Assembly: GCA_025558095.1 (NCBI GenBank)
Contig: JAIVFI010000018.1
Coordinates: 496,001 to 560,000, forward strand
Source: Hyaloraphidium curvatum SAG 235-1
Lineage: Eukaryota > Fungi > Monoblepharomycota
DNA: 64,000 bases
Direction: 5' to 3'
Part shown: piece after piece, positions 36,201-46,310 of the stretch
Layout: each line of letters starts with the position of its first letter
How positions within the stretch are numbered: position 1 is the first letter of the stretch
The notes under the pieces: generated by a model
What the model saw: only the letters and a program-made list of their open reading frames with translations
Told to the model about the DNA's origin: nothing
Databases searched by the model: none
Position numbers and translations under genes: made by a program

Positions 36201-37057
36201 CAAGCCCGTCTACTCGCCGACGCCCATGATCTCCGTCCAGCAAGCGCGGCATCCGATGCTCGAGAACCAGCTCCGCTCGTCCTCGGGTTCGTTCGTACCC
36301 AACGACTTTTCGATGGACCCGGAGAAGCGCTGCATCGTGCTCACTGGCCCGAACATGGGCGGCAAGTCGTGCGCAGTGCGCACCCTCGCCCTCGTCTGCA
36401 TCATGGCGCAGATCGGCTCCTACGTGCCTGCCGAATCCGCCGAGCTCGGGGTCCTGGACGCTGTGCACACCCGCATGGGCGCCTCGGACACGCTGCAGAA
36501 GTCGACCTTCATGGTGGAGCTCTCGGAGACGTGCGAGATCATCAGGGCGGCGTCGCCGCGCTCGCTCGTCATCCTGGACGAGCTCGGCAGGGGGACGTCG
36601 ACGCACGACGGGATGGCGGTGGCGTACGCGACGCTGAGGCACTTTGCCGAGACGGTGAAAAGCCTGACGGTGTTTGTCACCCACTACCCCATCATCGGGC
36701 GCCTGGAGAAGGAGCTTCCCGACAATGGTGGGCGGATTGGTAGTTGGCCAGCAACGGCAGCATTGACCGACAACCACTTACCCGACAGTCGTGCGCAATT
36801 TCCACATGGGATTCCTGGAGGTCCCTCCGGAGTCTGGCGACGGGTCCGCGGCCTCTAACCAGATCGTGTTCCTATACAAGCTGGTGCCCGGCATCGCAAC
36901 GCACTCCTACGGGCTCAACGTCGCCCGCCTCGCGAGGTTGCCCGAGGAGGTGATCGAGGTGGCCGGGGTCAAGGCGCTTGAGGCCGAGGAGCTTGCCGGG
37001 GAGAGGGAGAAGATGGGCCTCGCGAAGCGGTTCAAGGAGGTGTGGGCTTCTGCGTGA
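33271..37057 (+). CDS. MSH3: DNA mismatch repair protein MSH3
   Basis: PIP box QRTIASYF; [15 protein letters not shown] (MSH3-type); [28 protein letters not shown] and SYGLNVA motifs; 6 introns. Confidence 0.93.
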
Positions 37058-37107
37058 TTTCGATACCCAAGCGGTTTCTTTCCGATACCCTGTAATCAAA
37101 TCTGCGA

Positions 37108-37274
37108 AGATTCCTGCCATCTCCCATTGTGGGTTTTGGGTCCCGCGCCCACATGAAGACGGTCTCGCCCTCCGCTTCCGCCTGAACCAAAGCTCTTCCT
37201 GTTCACTTTACAATGGATCCAATCACCTCTGCCTGGGGATCTCAAAGGGCCTGTGTTGAACAGCGCCGGCACCT
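37108..37274 (-). pseudogene. Relic of the thioesterase 3' end and flank
   Basis: 37108-37188 aligns with 38981-39059 (encodes VQAEAEGETVFMWARD vs VQAEAEGETVVMWARD); 37255-37274 matches 38946-38965 at 19/20 nt. Confidence 0.75.
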
Positions 37275-37523
37275 GTGCCCTAGCCTTCCTATCGCGTCAA
37301 GATCGATGCTGTCCCGGCAGCCCCCGCGCTCCTCCACACGTCCAGCACCTCTCACAAGGCCCCACGACCTTCAAATGCCCGTTTCGCGCCAGCGTTCCCC
37401 CATAGGCCCTGCCGCACTTCAGGCGGCGCGACGAAGCACGAGTGCTCGATTACTCGGCGGGCGGCGCGCCATGCCGCGGGCAGCCAGACGTCCGTTCGCC
37501 CGGCCCGCAGTGGCCAAGAAATG

Positions 37524-38171
37524 CTACTCAGGCTTCACCTTCCCGACACCAAACGGCCACCAGAGAAAGTCCGCCGGCGAACCCCGCAGGGTGAGGGCGG
37601 AAGAACCCCGCACAGCACCCGCGGGTTTCCCGCCCACGAGCAGAGCGTCCGAGTCTTCCGCATCGCTTCGTTCCTCGGTGTCCACAACGTTCTTCGGCGG
37701 CCTCTGTCCGTGGCTGCTGGGGGCGTAGTCGATTGCCAGGCCGGCCGGCGGCTCCGGCGACACACCGTAGAGGAGCTCTCGCCAGCCGGTCAAGGAGAAA
37801 ACGTCCGATGACTCCCAAAATGATATGTAGGAAAGGTTGAAGATGCCGACCAAGTGAGCGCCGTCCACGAGGTCCTTCCCGTCCGGAATTGGGATGCGCC
37901 CTCGGGGGAGATGCGGCCCCGTCGTCGCCCTCTCCTCCACGTCCTCCTCCGCCGGCATGGGTCCCGGACCGCAGCAAACCCGCAGCTCGAGACACCAGTA
38001 CAGCCTCGAGCGAAGCTGCAGGGCATCGCCGACGGCGTCGTACAGGTTGACGAGGTCGCGGACGCGCGAGCCCGGGCCGATGGGGACGGGGAACCAGAAG
38101 CGGCCCGGGAGCACGCGCACGAGGAGGCGGGACGTTTGCAAAGGACCGTCCGAGGAGTTCGACGCCGACAT
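37524..38171 (-). CDS. Hypothetical protein, about 215 aa
   Basis: Intronless ORF with coding-like composition; no recognisable domain. Confidence 0.45.
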   Translation of the reverse strand: MSASNSSDGPLQTSRLLVRVLPGRFWFPVPIGPGSRVRDLVNLYDAVGDALQLRSRLYWCLELRVCCGPGPMPAEEDVEERATTGPHLPRGRIPIPDGKDLVDGAHLVGIFNLSYISFWESSDVFSLTGWRELLYGVSPEPPAGLAIDYAPSSHGQRPPKNVVDTEERSDAEDSDALLVGGKPAGAVRGSSALTLRGSPADFLWWPFGVGKVKPE

Positions 38172-38206
38172 CTGAAGGGGGGCTTCGAGTCCAAGGGGCT
38201 CCAATC

Positions 38207-38786
38207 GTGCGTCGTCGGGCTCCCCGGAACTTTCGTATCGTCAACATCAACCAGCCTGCCGTGTTTGAGCGGGAATTTGCTGTCGGACACAGGGGCGCCA
38301 CGCTCTACGTCGCTCTGGGCGATTTGTCCCCGCTTTTCTCAGTGATCTACGCCGTTTCCCGGGACTCGGAGGACCTGACAGACACTGAGATCGTGCGCTC
38401 TCCTGGCGGGCCGCTATTGACGCCGGTGCGCGACCTGCAACTGCTTGCGCGGGAAACTGGGACGCCAATTCGCTGGAACACCAGACTAGATGCGGTTCTC
38501 ACGGAGGATACCATCTTGTTCATTGATCGAGGCCTTACTGCTTTTCTTCGTGATCTGCGTGGGTATGTCGGGTATGCGGGAGAACTTAGTCCTCATTTAT
38601 GATTCCACAGCGGCAAACATCGACGCAATGATGCGTTCGAATGAGTTGCTCAAGACGCTGCTGAACTGGGGTATACCGCTCTTCCTGACGTCCTTGGTTG
38701 GGTTCGCAGTCGTTGGAGTTTGCGTGATCTATCTGATCGTTGTACCACTGGGCTGGAGGATGTACTGGTACAGTTGGCCGGTATAG
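38207..38786 (+). CDS. Hypothetical tail-anchored membrane protein or 5'-truncated gene
   Basis: Two overlapping ORFs joinable by an intron ending CCACAG near 38610; C-terminal TM helix; no clear ATG. Confidence 0.35.
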
Positions 38787-38995
38787 ATAGCTCGTACGTT
38801 GCTACTTCGAAGAAACCGCAAAGCGATTACCAGACTCAGACTCGGTACCCGCCACACCCGAGGCAGGGCGTGGTCACGTGGGCCAAACGAGGCCCCCGTC
38901 CGGGAGAGATTAAGACGAAAGTCTCCCGCCCTCGAAAGGCCGGTCGTTGAACAGCGCTGGCACCTTTCCCTTCGCCTTACAGATTCCTGCCATCT

Positions 38996-39961
38996 CTATA
39001 GTTTTTCGAGGTCCCGCGCCCACATGACGACGGTTTCGCCCTCCGCTTCCGCCTGTACCGTGTTGAAGGCACCCCCCGGCTGGTCCTCCGGATCCCAAGC
39101 CGTCGTCCTGCCGCCGGTACTGAGGACCTGGGCCCTGATCTTCACGCGCCGGCCCTTCCTCTCCACCGCTTTAGCCACCACAAGTAGCGGGGTGAGTAGA
39201 GGAGTTCTTCTCCTCAGCTTCCCGGAGAGATTGCCGACAAGATTCGACGGCACGCCCCGAAACTGTCTGATCCGGTGTCCCAAGGATGCCATGATAAAGG
39301 CGCTCTCACGCGGGGTGTAGGGCGGTTTCGAGGCTCCTCGTGCCCGAAACGCAGCGAGCTCTTCCTCCGAAACGACGAAACCGTTCAGCTTGAGGCGACC
39401 CGGGTCACGGTCGTGCTCTGCCAGGGCCATGGATAGAAAGTCGTGGCTCCGCCCGGTCTCAAAGACGGCCTCCTCGTTCGTCTTCCACGGCTTGATGTCG
39501 TTCGGGTCAACCGAAGCCTCCAAAGTGACTTGAATGGCATACAACATCCCGCAGACTCCAATCATGTCGTCCAGGAGGGCGAAGACGGAACCGCCGTGGC
39601 ACGACCCCGGCGGCCCCTGGGCATTCTCCCCGAAAATCGCGCGCCCGATCATGGTGTCGCGAGCAAACGCGTACTTTACGTAAATCGCGTCGCCGTCGAG
39701 CACGGCCCGCGGGTCAAACTCGGTTCCTTCGTTCCTTCGAAACTCCCCGCCATGGAGGAAAGAGACGCGCTTTATCGGACCGACCGACGCCACCCGCAAG
39801 TCCGCAAACTGTTGAGAGTCCATGACGTCGGGATGAATCGGTGCCAGGAGCTCCGTCGCGAGCGGAGACGGCACGAGAGGAGTCGAGAAAGCGGGAAAAG
39901 GATCCGTCCATCGCACGGCCCGTTGATCTTCCAGAGTAGTCGGGAAATGAGAGCGCGGCAT
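38996..39961 (-). CDS. Hotdog-fold acyl-CoA thioesterase (PaaI/THEM4-like)
   Basis: QGPPGSCHGGSVFALLDD signature; later strands LRRRTPL and GRRVKIRAQV; intronless. Confidence 0.82.
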   Translation of the reverse strand: MPRSHFPTTLEDQRAVRWTDPFPAFSTPLVPSPLATELLAPIHPDVMDSQQFADLRVASVGPIKRVSFLHGGEFRRNEGTEFDPRAVLDGDAIYVKYAFARDTMIGRAIFGENAQGPPGSCHGGSVFALLDDMIGVCGMLYAIQVTLEASVDPNDIKPWKTNEEAVFETGRSHDFLSMALAEHDRDPGRLKLNGFVVSEEELAAFRARGASKPPYTPRESAFIMASLGHRIRQFRGVPSNLVGNLSGKLRRRTPLLTPLLVVAKAVERKGRRVKIRAQVLSTGGRTTAWDPEDQPGGAFNTVQAEAEGETVVMWARDLEKL

Positions 39962-40137
39962 TGTTCTTTCCCTTGCCGAAGACTCCGCGGCACGGAGGTA
40001 CCGGGCTTGGACGTGGCCCTCGGCGCCTTTGAGAGTCTGAGTGGAGGTCGGTGGCTAAGAGGACGGCGTTCCTCAACCTACGCGTACGCCATACATCCAC
40101 ACTAGCTAGCTGTCTTTCAGACCATTTTCCTTCGCTC

Positions 40138-40639
40138 TCAAAGGTTCACGCCCAGGATCAACGCCGCAGCCCCCAGTGCCACGACGCGGGGGAGGTTGAA
40201 CTTCTCCCAGAGTCCGACCAGGTCCAAGACCTCGCCATCGAACATGGTCGGGCTATCCAACAGCGCGTGATTGACAGGAGCGATGACAGCAAAGGTCCAC
40301 GGGAAGGGGAACAGCGCCAGGAGCGCGGCGGCGGCGTTCGCCGGGGTCCTGTCAACATAGTACTGCAGACGCCTTCAGCAGCGCCCAGAGCCTCTGCTGC
40401 CGGGCAAAACGCACCAATCCTGCGCTGCTGAGAAGCGCGAGGGCGGAAGAAGAGACTTGGATGTAGCCCACGCGCGCGAACGACGCCTTGAAGAACTCTC
40501 GCGCGCTGGCGCCGCCGATGGCCCTCATCGCGGGCCCGGCGCCAAACGACCATGCCAGGCCAGCGCCGACAAAGACCGAGGCGGAGATGACGGTGGTGGC
40601 GCGGAAGTAGCGGCCTTTAGGCTCGGAGGGGGACGACAT
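40138..40639 (-). CDS. DUF1772/anthrone-oxygenase-like membrane protein
   Basis: Four hydrophobic helices; PWTFAVIAPVNHALL..LVGLWEKFNLPR pattern; one intron. Confidence 0.6.
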
Positions 40640-41086
40640 CGTGTGGCGTCGAATGGGATGCTGTTGGAAACCCGCCCGCGCGCCCTTTGCCACGGATACC
40701 GGGGCGAATCGTCATCAGGTGGTCGAAACAGACCTACTAGAAAGCAAATCCTACCGAGATGCGAGTTGGCACGTCAATGAGATTGATGAAAGCGGCCGTT
40801 GGTCAAACGGGCGCCGGTGGTCAACGGGCCGACGTCTCGAAGCCGTCCAAGCGATACATCCATTGCGAATTGACCATCCAGGCAATGGCATGTCAGTGGA
40901 TCGGTTGAATCTAGCTACATAGTCTGGCACACGGGGCGTTGGTTGAGCGGCCGGGTGAACCGACGCGCGCTGTCTCCCGTCCGGCACAAACACACTCCTT
41001 CCCTCCAAGCGTTAGCGCAGTCTGCTGTCTCCCGTCCGGCACAAACGGACTTCCTGCCGACCAATCGCCATCGCCCGCCGTCCGCG

Positions 41087-42254
41087 ATGGACTACTCCGG
41101 CTTCTCCGACATCAAAGTCGACGTCGACCGCGCCAAGCGCGTCGCGGTCCTGACCATCAACCGGCCGCAAGCCATGAACAGCTGGACCACGCTCATGGCT
41201 CTCGAGTTCATGAAAGCGTTCAATATGTTCAACCAAGACCCCGACGTCAAGGTCGTCGTTGTCACGGGAGCCGGGGACAGGGCGTTCTGCGCGGGGGCGG
41301 ACCTCTCGGGCGGGTCGTTCGGGGGCGGGGAGCGCGTCGAGGAGGGCTACCGGGACTCGGGCGGGCAGGCCGCGCTGGCCGTCGCGAGGTGCTCCAAGGT
41401 CGTGATTGCCGCCGTCAACGGTTCGGCCGTCGGCGTCGGGATGACGATCGTGGGTGCCGACGGGCTCGATTCCTTTCGCGGGCGGGTCTTGATTCCGGTC
41501 TCGGCGGACAGACGCTCCCGATGGACTTCCGCATCGTTTCGGACACCGCCAAGGTCGGATTCGTGTTTGCCAGGCGCGGCATCGCTCCCGAGGCTGCCAG
41601 CTCGTGGTTCCTGGTGGGCATCTACAGAGCTTTCGCCACCTCTCTTGGCCTGACGTTCTGCCTTCCCAGCCGCAACTCATCGGCCGCTCGCGCACCCTGA
41701 ACCTCTTCCTCTCCGGCAAGGTCTACCAGTCCACGGACCCCCTCTTCAGCGAGCTCTTCTACAAGGTCGTCCCCCAGAAGCAGGTCCTCGCCGAGGCGCT
41801 GGACCTCGCGCACGAGATTGCGCGCGAGAACAGCGAGATCTCCATGGCCATGATCAAGGGGCTCATCTGGCACCCGGCTGAGTCGCCCGAGGGGCAGCAC
41901 CTGCTCGACTCGCGCGTGGGGTTCTTCGTGTCGAGCGAGAGGGATTCCAAGGAGGGCGTCACGTCGTTCCTCGAGAAGGTACGTCCGCTCACCCTCACCA
42001 ATCTGGGGCCCGGGATCGCGACTGACAACCCCTTCCACCGTCCACAGCGCCCGCCCAACTTCCCCATGCGCGTCTCCAACCCCGCCGACCTCCCCAACTG
42101 GTACCCCTGGTGGAAGCACACGAGCGTCGCCGGTCGCGGCTGGCCCGAGCACGTGGACTCGGTCGAGGACTGCGACCGGGCCATCGCGGATTTGAAGAAG
42201 GCCATCGCGGAGATGCAGAAGAAGAGGGCCGAGATGGCCAAGTCCAAGATCTGA
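41087..42254 (+). CDS. Enoyl-CoA hydratase/isomerase (crotonase family)
   Basis: LTINRPQAMN, AFCAGADL, AVNGSAVGVG, RRGIAPE and EGVTSFLEKR motifs; 3 introns. Confidence 0.92.
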
Positions 42255-42295
42255 TTGCGTGAAGACGGAGGGGCAAAAGATGTTTGGTACCAGCT

Positions 42296-43506
42296 TCACG
42301 CCGGCGGCGGTCCCATCTTCCTCACGTCCAGGAGCCCGTCAAGGCTGCCCGGCTTCGCCTTGGGCTCCTTCTCGAACAGCTCCCTGATCTTTTCGAACGC
42401 GCGCAGGTGCGCCTCCAGATCTCCGCCCGCGGTCCCGGCCTTGGTAGTCATCGGCCCGGTCGCGTCCAGCTCCGCCACCAGCCCCGCCATCCGCGAAAAG
42501 AGCTTCCCGCGCTCGGGACCGAACGGCATCCCGTGGATGGCGCGCGGGTCGATGTCCCAGGGCAGCAGCTCGACCTGATGTGCAATTAGCGGCCGACGAC
42601 AGCGGTGGACGTTGCGAGGCGCACCTTGTTGAGGGACCAGAAGTCGAGGATGGCGTCGCCCTCGACGAAGAAGAGCCCGCGCACGTTCTCGATGCCAAAG
42701 TCCGAGGCCGGCAGCGGGTCGGTTTTCCTGGTGCACGCCTCGTAGGCCTGCCACGGAAAGCGTCAGCAGTCATGACACCGCCGCGTTGAGTTAACGCACC
42801 GCGCTCCCCGTGATGAACCCCCTCGTCTCCACCTCGCGGGGAACATCGAGCGCGTCCAGCCCCGGCCTCAGCCGCGCGAGCATCACCGGGTCCAGCTGCG
42901 CGTCGACCGACCTCCACCCGCCGTCTTGCCACACCTCGATGATCCAGTGGTCCTCCCACTGCTGCGTGAAATACCCGGCGAACCCGCATCTTCCTCGCGC
43001 AGGAACGCCGAGCGCCCTGAAGACCGCCACGGCCAAGAGCGTGAAATGCCTGCAGACCGCCACCAGCTTCCCCGCCGTCCCCTCCGCCCCGTACCCGAGC
43101 TCGGCCATCCGCGCGCACATCTCGCCGCACGTGCGCATCGACGTGTCGTGCGCGGCGCGCTGCGGGCCCAACGATGCGTGGGGGGCGGGGCGGACGTCGG
43201 CGGTCGACGCCGAGGGGTCGAGCGTGGCGTCCTGGGAGGCACCGGTCATCCGGACGCGGGGCGCGTCGGCCGAGTCGGCGTAGATGTGCATGAGCATCGC
43301 TGCGTCGGAGGGCGTCAGATGATGCTCGGCGGTTGCGAGATGGGCCCACGGTGCACGATGAGACGCTGGCACAGCTCCGCGACGCGCGGGACAAGCTCCC
43401 CCGCGGCAAGGCCCCGCAGCGGCGCGAGGAAGGCGTCGAAGGAGGGCGAAAGGGCGGACATCGGCGCCGGCGCGGCGTAGTACGAGAGGTACGCGTCGAG
43501 GGACAT
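42296..43506 (-). CDS. Transglutaminase-like superfamily protein (bacterial type)
   Basis: Cys-His-Asp triad context VCRHF..ARGRCGFAGYF..EDHWIIE..DAQLD; NKVELLPWD; 3 introns; TATAAGA about 40 nt upstream. Confidence 0.82.
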
Positions 43507-43675
43507 GGTTGCGAGGGGCGATGCGGGTGGGGGACGTCTCTTATAGGAGGCCGGGCAATGTCGTGACGCCGGTCCCGGGTCGACTCGATTAAGACCATTC
43601 GACTGGAAAGCCTGGTTGCGGAGACATCCAGCCCGGCCGCTTCTTCCGAGCACATTCTTTCAAACGCGTTGCGAA

Positions 43676-45118
43676 TCACCCGCCCTTCGGAGCCTGCCTC
43701 CTCTCCCGCCACCGCAGCACCTCCCCCCTGGCCTCCCACAGCGCCTCCACCCGCCTCCTCACCACCCCTCCCGTCGTCGCCAGCGACAGCTCCCGCAGGA
43801 CGAACTCTCTTGCCCTCCTCCCCCTCTCCCTCGCCCCCTCCGGATCCGAGGCGATCCGCCGCAGGTGCTCCGCGGCCTTCTTCCCGTCCGGCTCGGCCCA
43901 CAGGAACTCTGGCCTGTAGGGCCCGCGCTGCTGCCCCACGGGCACCTTCCTGTACGGCACCAGGTACGCCGTGTCCTCCCGCATGAAATCCGCGTTGCCC
44001 CCGTACGCCGTGCCCACCACGGGCCTGCCGCGCGCCGAGGCCTGCAGCATCCCCAGGCCGAGCCCCTCGGAGCGGTGCAGGGAGAGGTACGCGTCCGCGG
44101 CGAGGAAGAGCGCGCGCACGTCGGCTTCGGGGAAGTGCCCCGGCATCGGGCGTATCCGCGGCCGGCCGGCGACGAGGGGCTGCAGGGCCTTCCACTCGGG
44201 GTCGGCGAGCTCGGCGCAGTGCGTCGATTTCAGCAGCAGGAGGGGCTTCCTCCCCCCCGGGAACTCCTCGTCGGGGTCCGGGAACGCGGCGCAGAATGCC
44301 GACACGGCGCCGGCGGGGTTCTTGCGGAGGGTTACGCTGCCGCAGTCGAAGGAGAAGAGGAAGGCGAGGTCGCGGTCGGTCAGGTTGAATCCGGCGCGGG
44401 CGGCGGCGACCGCGTCCGGGTCCGGCGGGGCGACGAGGTCGTTGGGCAGCGGGGCGCGCACGGTCCGAACGGGGAGCTGCGAGTACGTGGCGAACAGGCC
44501 CGAGATGTAGTCCGTGGGCCCCCAGATCTCGTCGGCGATCCGGAAGCGGGACACGTCGTCGAGCGGGAAGCCTTCGGCCTCCCAGAACCACCACACGGCG
44601 TTGATCCTCCCCTTGAGCACGTCGTGGCCCGTACTCCTCAGTTTCCGGGCCGCAATCGCCGCCAAGCCCGGCGGGATCGCCCAGACGTTCAGGAACGCCC
44701 CCTGTCCAGCGACGGCGGAGCAGTTGCCCTCCCTGACGGGGTTCCCCCCCCTTTCTGCCTCGGCCAGCACCTCCTCCAGCACCGTCCTGCTCCGCGCGTA
44801 CGGCGCCCCGGCCCAGGCGTGGGCGTCGCACGCGAACACGGGCAAGCCCGAGGCGGCCAGGGCGCGGAGCAGCGCGCGGGTGGCGACGGCGATCCCGAAC
44901 TCGCCGGCGAGGTAGCCGATCAGGTTGATCCCCAGCGGGGGCGTATCGGGCTGCGCGGGCGGGGCGGGGGCCGGCGGCGGAGGGGGCGGGAGCGGCGCGG
45001 GCGGCGCGGGCGGGCACGCGGGCGCCGGCGGGGTGCGGAGCAGCGCGAGCGCGGAGAGGGCGAGCAGCGCGGCCCCGAAGATCACCTTGCCGAGCGCCGC
45101 GGGGCCGGGGGGCCGCAT
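43676..45118 (-). CDS. GT4-like (GT-B) glycosyltransferase, type II membrane
   Basis: N-terminal TM and Pro stem; GINLIGY, WFWE, DEIWGP, FSFD..RKNP and SLHRSEGLGL..G.PV..TAYGGN.DF motifs; intronless. Confidence 0.88.
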   Translation of the reverse strand: MRPPGPAALGKVIFGAALLALSALALLRTPPAPACPPAPPAPLPPPPPPAPAPPAQPDTPPLGINLIGYLAGEFGIAVATRALLRALAASGLPVFACDAHAWAGAPYARSRTVLEEVLAEAERGGNPVREGNCSAVAGQGAFLNVWAIPPGLAAIAARKLRSTGHDVLKGRINAVWWFWEAEGFPLDDVSRFRIADEIWGPTDYISGLFATYSQLPVRTVRAPLPNDLVAPPDPDAVAAARAGFNLTDRDLAFLFSFDCGSVTLRKNPAGAVSAFCAAFPDPDEEFPGGRKPLLLLKSTHCAELADPEWKALQPLVAGRPRIRPMPGHFPEADVRALFLAADAYLSLHRSEGLGLGMLQASARGRPVVGTAYGGNADFMREDTAYLVPYRKVPVGQQRGPYRPEFLWAEPDGKKAAEHLRRIASDPEGARERGRRAREFVLRELSLATTGGVVRRRVEALWEARGEVLRWRERRQAPKGG

Positions 45119-45591
45119 GGCGGGTTTCAGGCGGCGTTGTTGGGCGGGCGGAGGGCGGAGGAACCCGTCCGCGGTCGGGACCCGCGCGCTTCGGACCGAT
45201 GCCTTGGCCGACGTGCGGGTGCATGGGGTGCGGCGGGGGGATCGCGGCGGGTGGATGGCGGACATTTGGAAGGGAGGCGGACGCGATGAGGTCGGAAAGG
45301 CGCGGATCGCGGGAGGATGCGGGTCGGCCGTGGCCGGCAGGTGGGGCATACGGCCAGAGGGTGCGCCGCGGGTTGCGGAGGGGGCGGCGGGAACGACGCG
45401 CGGTAGAAGGACATGTAGCCGTCTCTGGTTCCGGGGACGGGCGACCGGCGCGGAGGGGACCTTGCCATGCCGGCCGGCCGCGGAAGTAGGGCTGCCGGCG
45501 GGCACGCGCGACGCGCCCAAGAGACGGACCGGCCATCGCGAGGACTGTGTCCGCGCATCCGCAACTTTGGAGCCCTCGGTGCGCTGCGATT

Positions 45592-45850
45592 GGCCAACAC
45601 CGCGCTGCTGCAGGGCGAGGGCGCCGCGGACGGCGTCGGGTTCGCCGAGGAGGCGGCACGGATCATACCGGAGGGAGTGTTGGCGGGGAAGAGCAGGATC
45701 CTGGTGGGCCACGACGCGGAGGAGCTGGATCGGATGGCGAGGGAGGACCCGGACGGGGTGTCGGGGAAAGCGTTCGCGCGGAGGGTGAGGGAGAGGGGGA
45801 TCTTTGGCGGCGCGATCGGGGCGGGACGGAAGGGCGCGAAGATCTGACCG
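45592..45850 (+). pseudogene. Inverted duplicate of the SDR gene 3' end (source 54949-55228)
   Basis: Near-identical C-terminal about 80 codons including the stop; 21-bp deletion between CGCCGAG repeats. Confidence 0.9.
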
Positions 45851-45891
45851 GTGGCCCGCGAATGGTGCCCGTTCGTCGCGAGTTCGCGCTG

Positions 45892-45981
45892 GAGCGCGGG
45901 GAGTGAGCGCGGGGAGTGAGCGCGGGGAGTGAGCGCGGGGAGTGAGCGCGGGGAGTGAGCGCGGGGATGGAGCGCGGGGTT
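45892..45981 (+). repeat. 13-bp minisatellite (GAGCGCGGGGAGT), about 7 copies
   Basis: Five perfect and two imperfect copies, each with a GGGG run. Confidence 0.9.
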
Positions 45982-46310
45982 GGATGGGTGGGAGCGAGGC
46001 GGTGGACGGGATGGACCGATTCAACGGCCGGGATGACGCCGGCAGAGTGGGAGCTGATGGTGGATGGGCGGATGCACTTCGGTTCGACGGAAAGGATGCC
46101 GGGCTTCTCGTTCCGCGGGTGGCGGGTCCTCAGGGTCGGAGACGGAGGCGACGCGGATCCACCCGCACCCCTCGCACCGGCCGAACCATCCGCAGCCGCG
46201 CAGAATCCGATGCCGGGCTCCGCCTACGGCCCTGCAGCGTCGCCTGCCGGCCGGACTGTGACCTGCCGCATAGGAGAGAGTAATCCCTTGAAGGACAACC
46301 CCTCGCGAGG

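Noticed and set aside
45119-46024. N-terminal 300 aa of the 782-aa ORF upstream of the GT4
   Set aside because: Runs through the antisense SDR duplicate and the minisatellite; the TM-anchored protein plausibly starts at 45118
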